Positions 8,577-17,398 of a DNA stretch of 25,244 bases are shown one piece after another. The notes beneath the pieces are model-generated. The model was not told the origin of the DNA, searched no databases, and saw only the letters and a program-made list of their open reading frames with translations. A program made the position numbers and the translations under genes. The stretch lies in assembly GCA_964518475.1 (NCBI GenBank), contig CAZFGR010000024.1:1-25244 (forward strand). Direction: 5' to 3'. The stretch comes from an uncultured Nitrososphaerota archaeon. Lineage in GTDB: Archaea; Asgardarchaeota; Njordarchaeia; Njordarchaeales; Njordarchaeaceae. Positions within the stretch are counted from its first letter, which is position 1. The number at the start of each line of letters is the position of its first letter.

Positions 8577-9899
8577 TCAAATTTCTAAGGGTTTTCCAGG
8601 AGCACCTATGTAAAAGACTGGTTTTGGCGAAGGCCTTAAGCCATATTCCATAACTCTATCAGCCAGATCTAAGAGAATCGGTAGAACATCGTTCCCTTTT
8701 ATGACTCCAAAAGCTCCTTTCTCAGCAAATTCTATCTCGTTAAAGTACTTGGAATTGTCGCGTCTAATCTTATCTGCCCAGAAGACTATTGGGAGGGGGG
8801 TTCCTATATGACGGCCCCGGAGACTGGATGTTGAGTGATCTCCGGTGACAGTGATTACTACATCGTCCAGCTCGGATAATGGAGATAAGGCCTTGTCTAT
8901 CTTTGCTATAAACTCAGCTTTTTGAGAAGGCTTTTTGTCATGAGACAGACTGTCTGTAGCTTTTATATGGAGGAAGACGAAATCGTATCCCATATTTAGT
9001 GCTCTAAGAACTCCTTCCACCTTTCCACTGAGATTGGTATCTGTTCGCCCTGTAGCTCCTTCAACTTTTATTTCCTCCATCCCCACTACCTTCGCAACGC
9101 CTTTGTATAAAGGGCCTCCAGCGACGAAGGCTGCTTTGAATCCCCATTTCTCCTTAAAACTTATTAAGCGGGTCGCTTTTCCAGCTCCTCTAGGCAAAAT
9201 AATGTTTGCTTTTAGTAATCCTTTTTTACTTCTCTCGATATTTATCTCATGATTATCGAGAACCTTGAAGGAAAGTTTTACTACTTGATTCACTATGTTG
9301 GCTGTATATTTTGCAGCCTCTACTTCTTCTGGTGGAGTATCCTGGAAAGGTTGCGAGGCAAGAACTGGAGCATTTTTCTCGTGAGGATCAACATCTGTTA
9401 TTCTCCAAGATAACTCTTTCTCAGGCTTGATTATCATGACTCCTCTATGTTCTAGAGTATGCTTAATAACCACCGGTAGCCCAGCTTCCTCAACTTTTTC
9501 TTGAAGAAATAATGCCAGTTCTTCCGCCACATCATCCCGTATTCTACCCGCTCTTCTGTCAAGAATTATTAATTTGTTATCAACTTTCTTCACGGTAGCA
9601 AAATTGAATCTAAGAGCGACTTCGCCATGTTTTAACTCTATGCCAGCACCAACAGCTTCAAAAAAACCTCTCCCGGGATACTCCTTCTTAATATCATACC
9701 CGAAAATTGAGAGATGAGCTGTATCGCTACCAGCTGGAATACCTGGAGCTATTGGATACATCAAGCCCCCGGCGCCTTCTCTAGTTAACTTATTGAGAAC
9801 TTCTAACTTATCAGAAAGATACTGTAGAGGAGTTCCTCCAAACTCTGGAATATATTCGTCTCCGAGACCATCTATAATGACGAGAATACAAGGTAACAT
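8577..9899 (-). CDS. apgM: Archaeal 2,3-bisphosphoglycerate-independent phosphoglycerate mutase
   Basis: DGLGD, PGIPAGSDTAHLSIFGYD (phospho-Ser), GRGFFEA.G, RRAGRI, D.LSHD, GDHST..H. A GGAGGAG SD precedes ATG 9899. Confidence 0.93.
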   Translation of the reverse strand: MLPCILVIIDGLGDEYIPEFGGTPLQYLSDKLEVLNKLTREGAGGLMYPIAPGIPAGSDTAHLSIFGYDIKKEYPGRGFFEAVGAGIELKHGEVALRFNFATVKKVDNKLIILDRRAGRIRDDVAEELALFLQEKVEEAGLPVVIKHTLEHRGVMIIKPEKELSWRITDVDPHEKNAPVLASQPFQDTPPEEVEAAKYTANIVNQVVKLSFKVLDNHEINIERSKKGLLKANIILPRGAGKATRLISFKEKWGFKAAFVAGGPLYKGVAKVVGMEEIKVEGATGRTDTNLSGKVEGVLRALNMGYDFVFLHIKATDSLSHDKKPSQKAEFIAKIDKALSPLSELDDVVITVTGDHSTSSLRGRHIGTPLPIVFWADKIRRDNSKYFNEIEFAEKGAFGVIKGNDVLPILLDLADRVMEYGLRPSPKPVFYIGAPGKPLEI

Positions 9900-9996
9900 A
9901 GCAATCTCCTCCAAGTACTAGGAAAAATCATTCATATTTTATTCATATAAACTTAACAAAATCATATGAGTTATCAAGGATTAAGGTGAAGATTTT

Positions 9997-10659
9997 GTGA
10001 ATAATTATGGAGAAGAAATTATCAAGAGATTAGAAAAAGCTATTGACTTATCTAAAGAATTATTTGTAGTCGATTATGTATCCAATGATCCATTTGAAAA
10101 AATCATTGCTATTATTCTTAGCCAGAATACAAGTGATAAGAACGCTATCAAAGCCCTAGAAAACTTGAAGAACAAGATAGGAATTTCAAGAGAATCCTTA
10201 TTAAAAGCTAGTGTCGAGAGTATTGAGGAAGCTATAAAGCCAGGGGGATTGTACAGGGAAAAAGCTCGGAGAATAAAGGCTCTAGCAGAGTACATCTCTG
10301 ATAGGGTGTTAGAGGAAATATTGAAAATGCCTGTTGAAAAGGCTAGAAAAGAACTCTTAAAATTTCCAGGTATTGGTAAAAAGACAGCAGATGTATTTCT
10401 AGCCTTATATGGAAAAGAGACTATAGGGGTCGATACTCACGCCGCTAGAGTAGCTAAAAGACTGGGAATAGCGCCACCTAATGCTGATTACGAGGGGATA
10501 AGAAAAGTATTGATGAAAGTGTTTTCATCCAGAAGCGGTAACTATGATATCGTTCATCGGTTCCTCATCGCATTAGGGAGGAGATGGTGTAGGGCAAATA
10601 AACCGGCGTGCAGCCAATGTCCTCTGAGAGATCTATGTTCTTATTCGAAAAAGAGTTAA
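9997..10659 (+). CDS. nth: Endonuclease III (HhH-GPD DNA glycosylase/AP lyase)
   Basis: LSQNTSD, HhH motif PGIGKKTA with catalytic Lys, VDTH, and C-x6-C-x2-C-x5-C 4Fe-4S motif. Confidence 0.95.
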   Translation: MNNYGEEIIKRLEKAIDLSKELFVVDYVSNDPFEKIIAIILSQNTSDKNAIKALENLKNKIGISRESLLKASVESIEEAIKPGGLYREKARRIKALAEYISDRVLEEILKMPVEKARKELLKFPGIGKKTADVFLALYGKETIGVDTHAARVAKRLGIAPPNADYEGIRKVLMKVFSSRSGNYDIVHRFLIALGRRWCRANKPACSQCPLRDLCSYSKKS

Positions 10660-10780
10660 AAAATTTTCACTAATTTTTCACTTTGTATTGTCTTACATAT
10701 ACTAATAAATAGATTTTTCCTAAAAATTTAATAAGCTCTTCATCTTTACCTTTTTAAACTACTTCGCTTTGGCGTCTCTT

Positions 10781-12157
10781 ATGGATACTGAAAAGAAGGT
10801 TTCTAAAGAGGAATTGTTAAAGAAAGCAATGGTCTGGAGAGAGATTGCTGAAAAGCTTCATAAATTTTATCGTGGCAAATTGATGGTACTTCCTAAATGT
10901 GCTATTGAATCCTATGACGATTTTGCATGGGTATATACTCCAGGCGTAGCACAGCCCTGTAGAATAATTCATGAGGATCCAGAAGCAGTATGGGACTATA
11001 CAAATAGGTGGAACTACGCAGCTGTCGTGAGTGACGGAAGTAGAGTTCTGGGTCTAGGAAATATAGGACCGGAAGCTGGTCTTCCAGTAATGGAGGGAAA
11101 AGCAGTCTTGTTCAAGTACCTAGGAGGAGTAGATGCCTTTCCACTGGTCACGCGTGCGAAGACTACTGAAGAAATGGTTCAATTCCTTAAATGGATAGAA
11201 CCTAATTTCGGAGCAATAAATCTAGAGGATATCGAAAAACCAAAATGCTTTGATATTCTAGAAAAGGCTAGAGAGGAACTGAACATCTGTGTATGGCACG
11301 ATGATCAACAAGGAACAGCAACTGTGGTCTATGCGGGGCTAAAGAATGCATTAAAGGTGGTAGGTAAAAAATTAAGCGAAGTAAAAATAGTCTTTCTAGG
11401 TTTCGGATCCGCCAACAAGAAAACAGCTGATGTTCTGCTCTTGGCTGGTGCGAAACCAGGGAATATTTATATAGTAGATTCCAAAGGACTCCTCGGCCCC
11501 CATAGAGAAGATGCGAAAGGCACTTACAAAGAATGGTGGGCTTTACACACGAATGCTGATCATAGAGAGGGAGGATTAGAGGAAGCACTTAAGGGAGCCG
11601 ATGTATTGATAGCAATGAGCAGACCAGGTCCAGGGGTTGTTAAACCAGAGCACATCAAACTAATGAATGATGATGCAATAGTCTTCGCATGTGCCAATCC
11701 CATACCAGAGATATGGCCATGGGAAGCGAAAGAAGCAGGAGCTAGGATTGTTGCTACTGGGAGAAGCGATTTCCCAAACCAGATCAATAACTCATTAGGA
11801 TTCCCGGCAATTTTCAGGGGAGTACTAGATGTAATGGCAAGAACAGTAACTGACGAAATGTGCATAGCCGCAGGAGAAGCTCTTGCTAAATTCGCAGAAG
11901 AGAGGGGAATACACGAGAACTACATAGTACCAAGAATGGATGAGGCTGATGTATTCCCCTATGAGGCTGCTGCTGCGGCTATGCAGGCTGTGAAACAAGG
12001 AGTTGCAAGAAGACCAACCACATGGCAGGAAGAGTACGAGAGGGCGAAGCAGATTATTGAGGAGTCTCAAGCAATGCTTGATATCTTAATAAAGCATGGT
12101 TTGATTAAGCATATTCCAGAGGAGATCAAAGCCCTCTATAGGAAGAAGAAAGAATAA
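10781..12157 (+). CDS. NAD(P)-dependent malic enzyme
   Basis: YTPGVA, DGSRVLGLGNIG, PVMEGK, NLED, HDDQQGT, ANP, ATGRSDFPNQINN. ATG 10781. Confidence 0.95.
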   Translation: MDTEKKVSKEELLKKAMVWREIAEKLHKFYRGKLMVLPKCAIESYDDFAWVYTPGVAQPCRIIHEDPEAVWDYTNRWNYAAVVSDGSRVLGLGNIGPEAGLPVMEGKAVLFKYLGGVDAFPLVTRAKTTEEMVQFLKWIEPNFGAINLEDIEKPKCFDILEKAREELNICVWHDDQQGTATVVYAGLKNALKVVGKKLSEVKIVFLGFGSANKKTADVLLLAGAKPGNIYIVDSKGLLGPHREDAKGTYKEWWALHTNADHREGGLEEALKGADVLIAMSRPGPGVVKPEHIKLMNDDAIVFACANPIPEIWPWEAKEAGARIVATGRSDFPNQINNSLGFPAIFRGVLDVMARTVTDEMCIAAGEALAKFAEERGIHENYIVPRMDEADVFPYEAAAAAMQAVKQGVARRPTTWQEEYERAKQIIEESQAMLDILIKHGLIKHIPEEIKALYRKKKE

Positions 12158-12309
12158 TCATACCATATTATCATACTACTTATACAGTTCAACATTTTTT
12201 CTTTGTTAAAGTTTTATTCTTCCTTTCTTGGCACTTTCACTGATTCTTAGGCTTGTTCTAGAGATCGACATATATGCTATCTTTTTATTTCTCTTTCTGA
12301 CGAGAGATA

Positions 12310-12337
12310 GTGTTACTTTTTCGTTAAAAGGTGTTAC
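12310..12337. promoter_or_regulatory. Candidate NikR-type operator GTGTTA-N16-TGTTAC overlapping a TATA-like element
   Basis: Same 6-16-6 geometry as the E. coli NikR operator (GTATGA-N16-TCATAC). TTAAAA lies inside the spacer and the site ends 13 nt before the MHIPDG start. Confidence 0.55.
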
Positions 12338-12350
12338 TCAGAGGATAAAA

Positions 12351-12986
12351 ATGCACATACCAGATGGCTTTTTGGATCCTATAATCTGCATTGTAACGTA
12401 TCTGGTAATGATTAGCTACGGAGTTTATGCCTATGTAAGGATTAGAGATTCTCTCTCCATAGAGACTATATCTAGAATGACTGTACTGGCATCTGGAATA
12501 TTTGTTGCTCAAATGATCGCATGGCCCATCCCTGGAGGAACTAGCTTGCATTTCTTAGGTGGAGGTCTTGCGGGTATTTTACTTGGTCCATACATGGGTT
12601 TCTTTGCGATGTTTCTTGTTCTTCTTGTCCAGTGTATTGTTTTTCATGATGGAGGAATAACCACACTTGGTGCGAATGTTCTCAATATGGCGATAGTAGG
12701 CGTTCTCGTTGGTTACTGGGTATACCAAGCTGTTACAAAAATTATAAAGGGTAGAAACGGGGCCTTAATTGGAGGATTCTTAGCTGGACTCTTCAGTCTA
12801 GGACTCGCTGGAACTGTTGCGGGACTAGAAATAGGTTTATCAACGCTTTTCGTTTATCCAATCTCTCTTACCGTACCGGTAATGGCTGGTTATCATTTCG
12901 CTCTTGGCGTTGTAGAGGGATTAATAACAGCTTTGGTCGTAGCTTATCTCTATTCTCGGGGTATGCTAAGTACGGAGGTGGCATAA
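12351..12986 (+). CDS. cbiM: Ni/Co ECF transporter S component CbiM/NikM (NikM-type N-terminus)
   Basis: The metal-binding N-terminus MHIPDG fixes the true start at 12351. Also GTSLH, GG..TLGAN and H...G..EG motifs. Confidence 0.93.
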   Translation: MHIPDGFLDPIICIVTYLVMISYGVYAYVRIRDSLSIETISRMTVLASGIFVAQMIAWPIPGGTSLHFLGGGLAGILLGPYMGFFAMFLVLLVQCIVFHDGGITTLGANVLNMAIVGVLVGYWVYQAVTKIIKGRNGALIGGFLAGLFSLGLAGTVAGLEIGLSTLFVYPISLTVPVMAGYHFALGVVEGLITALVVAYLYSRGMLSTEVA

Positions 12987-13283
12987 ATGATATTTACTAA
13001 CAAGAGAGTATGGATAGTCATAGTAGGTTTGCTCTTAATAAGTCCTATATTTGGAGTATACATAGCTAATCTCATCGGTTATAAGGAGCCGCTCGATATC
13101 ATAGCCGAGAAGGCCGGTTTGAGAGATCTTTCGGAAGAAATTAATTGGACACCCTTGTATGACTATAGTGTACCAGGATTAAATCCATTAATAGGCTATA
13201 TAGTAGCGGGTTTAATCGGTCTCTTAGTAATAGTGGCTATAGGTTTTATCCTAATGAGGCTCGTGGAGGCTAAGAAGCATTGA
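12987..13283 (+). CDS. NikN/PDGLE-domain accessory membrane component
   Basis: Two TM helices flanking EPLD..AE and PLYDYSVPG; position between M and Q genes. Confidence 0.85.
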   Translation: MIFTNKRVWIVIVGLLLISPIFGVYIANLIGYKEPLDIIAEKAGLRDLSEEINWTPLYDYSVPGLNPLIGYIVAGLIGLLVIVAIGFILMRLVEAKKH

Positions 13284-14059
13284 GAATGCTTACTGAGAAG
13301 TTTCTAGAAAATGTAGCTGATGCTTTGGACATTTTCAACGAAGAGAGGGAGATTTCCCTAGATCCTCGTGTAATCTTTTTAACAACAATCTTTCTAACAA
13401 TTTTTTTCTCATTTAATAAGAGGATCTGGGTAAGTATCCTAGGAATTCTTCTTTCCCTACTGCTTGGAATCATCCTTAATGTGAAACTTGTAAGATTATT
13501 GAAACTAGCGGGACTATTAGCCCTATTCACAACTATTATTACTCTCCCAGCGATATTCATAGGGTCTGGGGATGGATTATATTTGAACCTTGTTATAGTC
13601 GACGTCTGGGTTTCCTTAGAGGGGATTTTTAGCGCTTTCTCTCTCGTTTTGAGAACGTTAGCGGCTGGTATGGTTTCGGCTGTTTTTCTCTCCTATTTAG
13701 GATGGAGAAATATTATAATTGCTCTTAGGGGATTACATGTACCAGCAAAGCTGGTTTTAATGGTTGTATTATTCATGAAATTATTGCCTATACAGATAAG
13801 ATTATTTGCTAGGAGATTATTTGCCAGAGAGTCACGTCTATTAACAAAATCTCTAAGAAATTTGTGGTTCTTCCTCGCATCTATTCTCGGGGATATGATA
13901 ATTTTTTCGGAGTATTTTGCTTTGCGGTTAGCGTTAGGGCTTAGATCCAGAAACTTTGACTTAAGTGTTGAGCTTGATTACAAGTATAGAATGGGACCAA
14001 AAGATTTGTTACTATTGGTTACGTGTGTTGTATTCGTTAGTATTTTCTCGGTAATATAG
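13280..14059 (+). CDS. cbiQ: Ni/Co ECF transporter T component CbiQ/NikQ
   Basis: LDPRV, multiple TMs, ARESR and LRSRNF motifs, operon context. Confidence 0.9.
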   Translation: MRMLTEKFLENVADALDIFNEEREISLDPRVIFLTTIFLTIFFSFNKRIWVSILGILLSLLLGIILNVKLVRLLKLAGLLALFTTIITLPAIFIGSGDGLYLNLVIVDVWVSLEGIFSAFSLVLRTLAAGMVSAVFLSYLGWRNIIIALRGLHVPAKLVLMVVLFMKLLPIQIRLFARRLFARESRLLTKSLRNLWFFLASILGDMIIFSEYFALRLALGLRSRNFDLSVELDYKYRMGPKDLLLLVTCVVFVSIFSVI

Positions 14060-14836
14060 GTGGTTGCTTTGGAACCAATAATAGAGGTTCAAAACGTTAG
14101 TTATAGCTATGGAGGAGAAATTGTAGCACTCGAAAACGTATCCATCAAGGTACCTAAGGGCTCGGTAACAGTTATTCTTGGCCCGAATGGTAGTGGAAAA
14201 ACCACTCTCCTCTTAATTTGTGCAGGGCTCTTAAGACCGCAAAAAGGTAAAGTCCTCTTCGAAGGGGAAGACATCTTTACTTCGTCGAGAAATGTTAGAA
14301 GTGAGATAGGGATTGTTTTTCAAGATCCGGATGATCAATTGTTTAACTTAACAGTTTATGAAGAGATAAGTTTTGGACTAAAACAACTGGGCTTTAGTAG
14401 AGAGGCGATTAGGAAACGAGTCGAAGAGATAGCAAGGAAACTAGCTATAATGCATCTCCTGAATAGAAATCCGTTTAAACTCAGCTATGGCGAGAAGAAA
14501 TTGGTGGTGTTAGCAAGTATCCTTGCCACCAATCCCGAAGTATTAATTCTGGATGAGCCAACAGCGAATCTTAGCAACTATTATCGAGAGAAAATAACTG
14601 AAATAATTAGAGAGTATAAAAAAGTGGAGAAAACAACAATTATAGCGACTCACGACGAGATTTTTGGGTTAGAAAATGCTGACCATTTATACCTGCTCAA
14701 TTCTGGAAGAATTGTAGCAGGAGGAAGCGTAGTTGATATTCTGAGAGAACCAGATATTCTAGAGGAGGTAGGCATGAGTCACCCAAAGAAAATTCTAGAG
14801 AAATTAAGGAGAATTCTAAATATTGTCGATACCTAA
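14060..14836 (+). CDS. cbiO: Ni/Co ECF transporter ATPase CbiO/NikO
   Basis: GPNGSGKT, FQDPDDQLF, LSYGEKK, LDEPT, TH. Confidence 0.93.
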   Translation: MVALEPIIEVQNVSYSYGGEIVALENVSIKVPKGSVTVILGPNGSGKTTLLLICAGLLRPQKGKVLFEGEDIFTSSRNVRSEIGIVFQDPDDQLFNLTVYEEISFGLKQLGFSREAIRKRVEEIARKLAIMHLLNRNPFKLSYGEKKLVVLASILATNPEVLILDEPTANLSNYYREKITEIIREYKKVEKTTIIATHDEIFGLENADHLYLLNSGRIVAGGSVVDILREPDILEEVGMSHPKKILEKLRRILNIVDT

Positions 14837-14840
14837 TAAT

Positions 14841-14871
14841 AAAGCTTAAACTGGACAAGCTTTTTATTTTT
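14841..14871 (+). terminator. Putative terminator of the Ni/Co ECF operon
   Basis: AAAGCTT/AAGCTTT stem followed by a T-rich run, just after the cbiO stop. Confidence 0.4.
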
Positions 14872-14899
14872 CGGTATGTACCTCTATTGGTGAACATTA

Positions 14900-15256
14900 A
14901 TGAAACCTATCCGTTGGCTAGACAGAGCGAAGGAATTCTTTAGGTCCGCGTTAATGAATCTTAAAGCTGGAAACTTAGATGTGGCTGCTTTTGAAATTCA
15001 TCAAGCGATAGAGTTGGCGCTGAAAGCTGTGCATATACATAAATTCGGGTCACGACCCTATACACATAATTTAGTTGAACTTGGCAAGGCTGTTGGTTTT
15101 GACGATCCAAATTTAGAATTTATTACGTTTATGTATACTTACGCTAGATATCCAGAAGCTCCTATAGAAATATCTAAGGAAAGATTGGAGGTTTTTATCA
15201 ATGTTGCCGAGCGAGCGATTAAGTTTGCGGAACAAGAACTGGAGAAAGAACCTTGA
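14900..15256 (+). CDS. HEPN domain protein (COG2250-type)
   Basis: WLDRA, AF.IHQAIELALKA, THNL..L, Y..ARYP; overlaps the MNT gene. Confidence 0.9.
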   Translation: MKPIRWLDRAKEFFRSALMNLKAGNLDVAAFEIHQAIELALKAVHIHKFGSRPYTHNLVELGKAVGFDDPNLEFITFMYTYARYPEAPIEISKERLEVFINVAERAIKFAEQELEKEP

Positions 15257-15641
15257 AAAATTCATTGCGGAGGTTAAAAAGAGGTACGGCAAGGTAACAA
15301 TAATTTTATTCGGGAGTAGGGGTAGGGGAGACTATAGTGCTTTCAGCGACACTGATATTCTCGTCATAATGGAGAAAACAAATACTCAAATCCTTGAAGA
15401 CTTAATGACAATAGCTTATAAAACGGATCTTATCGCACCAGAAATCCACTTATTCGAAAAAAACTGGGTACTAGAGAATTTTGAAGAAAATACTATTCTC
15501 TTAGATGCGGTATACGAGGGGATAATCCTAACAGACGATCTAAATATCACAAACTATCTGAAAAAACGATTAGATAACATGATTAAATCAGGATGGAGAA
15601 AGCGCAAAGATGGATGGTTCCGAGAAAACGCTGAGAACTAG
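15201..15641 (+). CDS. Minimal nucleotidyltransferase (MNT), partner of HEPN
   Basis: LFGSRGRGD-x4-SDTDILV pol-beta-type motif; EG near the C-terminus. Confidence 0.9.
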   Translation: MLPSERLSLRNKNWRKNLEKFIAEVKKRYGKVTIILFGSRGRGDYSAFSDTDILVIMEKTNTQILEDLMTIAYKTDLIAPEIHLFEKNWVLENFEENTILLDAVYEGIILTDDLNITNYLKKRLDNMIKSGWRKRKDGWFRENAEN

Positions 15642-15807
15642 AATGTTCTTCCCCAAACCTCTTATTAATCAATCATGAGTAGACCTTCTATTTTTGGATT
15701 TGAAGAAGAGAATTATTCAATAGTATATCCGTGTCTCTTTACGCAAATATAATATATAAAGTAAGGATCAGAATTATCTCCTAAGGCTTTTTTATAGGGC
15801 CTTTATT

Positions 15808-17397
15808 ATGAAGAGGTTCGATGCCATAATTATTGGTGGCGGAGTAACGGGGGCGGGTATTGCGAGAGATCTAGCTCTAAGAGGCCTGTCAGTACTGCTT
15901 GTTGAGAGGAAAGATTTTGCCTCAGGGGCTACTGGGGGGTGCCATGGACTTCTTCATAGTGGGGGAAGATACGTTGTTAAGGATCCAGAGTCAGCTAAGG
16001 AATGTGCGAAGGAGAACATTATTCTCCGTAAGATCGCGAAACACATAATCGATGATACTGGTGGCCTCTTCATAGCCCTTAAGGAAGACCCCGAGGATTA
16101 CCCAGAGAAGTTCTTGAGGGGATGCAAGAGTACTGGAGTGGTTTGTAAAAGTCTGCTACCTAGCGAAGCGTTAAAACTAGAACCAAATATTAATCCAGAT
16201 ATAAGGGAAGCCTTCTGGGTAAACGATGCCAGTATAGATCCCTTCTTACTAACACTTCTCAACTTATTAGATGCTCACGACTCGGGGGCTGTAATAAAGA
16301 ATTATAGTGAAGTAGTGGGGTTCATTACTAGGGGTAATGAAATCACTAGAGTAAAAATATTAGATCATAGGAAGAAGATTCTAGAGGAGTTCCAAGCAGA
16401 TACAATAGTAAATGCAGCGGGGGCGTGGACCGGGAAAATAGCAGCCTTAGCGGGAATAACACTCCCGATACAACCAAATCAAGGCACACTAATAGTAGCT
16501 ACGGATAGGATAGTTAATAGGGTTATTAACCGTTTAAGACCCCCCAGTGACGGAGACATTATAGTTCCGCATCATACAACATCAATACTTGGAACCACAT
16601 CAGTTAATATAACGGATCCAGACAAGGCGTTTCCTACACAGGAGGAAGTTCTCAAATTATACAGGGAAGGTGTAAAAACAATCCCAAAACTACGTAATTA
16701 TCGTTTTATTCGGGTTTATGCGGCTGTGCGTCCTTTGGTTGGAGCTGGTACTGGGAGAGATATTTCGAGAACCTTTGTAATATTTGATCATGAGAATGAC
16801 GGCTTTTCAAACTTTATAACCATTGCTGGGGGTAAATTGACCACTTATAGGCTCATGGCAGAGAAAGCATCAGATATAGTCATGAAAAAGCTCGGTAAAA
16901 GTGGTAAGTGTGTAACGCATAAAGAGCCCTTACCAGGGTTTTACGATGAGAAAGAATTAACAAAACTATTGAAAAAAGCTAAGTTCATGCCAGAAATTCT
17001 CTTAAAAGCATTTAATAAATGGGGTCTATTAGCACGCAGATTCTTGAGAGATCCCGAGTTCAATGACATAGTTTGCGAATGTGAAATGGTTAGTAAAGCT
17101 GAGATAAGATACGCTATCAAGCATACTTGGGCACTGAGAATAAGTGATTTAAGACGTAGAACGAGACTTTCTATGGGTCCTTGTCAAGGCCAGAACTGCT
17201 TATTACCTAGTCTTGGAATTATCCATGAAGAGACTAATAGGGAAGAGCTAGAACTGGTTAAGGAGTATCTAAAGTATTTAGAGGGGAGATTCTCACCGCT
17301 TAAGCCTTTATTGTACGGATCCCAAGCGAGGCAGTACATTTTTACCCTATCAATATTGAGAATCCTAGGCAATTTTGACAAATTGCGAGGTCTTTAA
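15808..17397 (+). CDS. glpA: Anaerobic glycerol-3-phosphate dehydrogenase subunit A with BFD-like Fe-S domain
   Basis: GGGVTGAG FAD fold, HGLLHSGGRY, NRLRPPSDGDI, GTT, RPL, GGKLTTYRLMAE, CECE...MGPCQGQNC. Confidence 0.95.
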   Translation: MKRFDAIIIGGGVTGAGIARDLALRGLSVLLVERKDFASGATGGCHGLLHSGGRYVVKDPESAKECAKENIILRKIAKHIIDDTGGLFIALKEDPEDYPEKFLRGCKSTGVVCKSLLPSEALKLEPNINPDIREAFWVNDASIDPFLLTLLNLLDAHDSGAVIKNYSEVVGFITRGNEITRVKILDHRKKILEEFQADTIVNAAGAWTGKIAALAGITLPIQPNQGTLIVATDRIVNRVINRLRPPSDGDIIVPHHTTSILGTTSVNITDPDKAFPTQEEVLKLYREGVKTIPKLRNYRFIRVYAAVRPLVGAGTGRDISRTFVIFDHENDGFSNFITIAGGKLTTYRLMAEKASDIVMKKLGKSGKCVTHKEPLPGFYDEKELTKLLKKAKFMPEILLKAFNKWGLLARRFLRDPEFNDIVCECEMVSKAEIRYAIKHTWALRISDLRRRTRLSMGPCQGQNCLLPSLGIIHEETNREELELVKEYLKYLEGRFSPLKPLLYGSQARQYIFTLSILRILGNFDKLRGL

Positions 17398-17398
17398 A

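Noticed and set aside
12228-12350. 41-codon N-terminal extension of CbiM/NikM in the ORF track
   Set aside because: Metal binding needs a free Met1-His2 N-terminus; this stretch holds the promoter and operator.
12158-12350. Cobalamin riboswitch upstream of cbiM
   Set aside because: T-rich sequence with no B12-box or conserved stems visible.
4340-12551. Short antisense or alternate-frame ORFs inside the ECF, longin, apgM, nth, malic enzyme and cbiM genes
   Set aside because: All lie within strongly supported CDSs and have no recognisable motifs.
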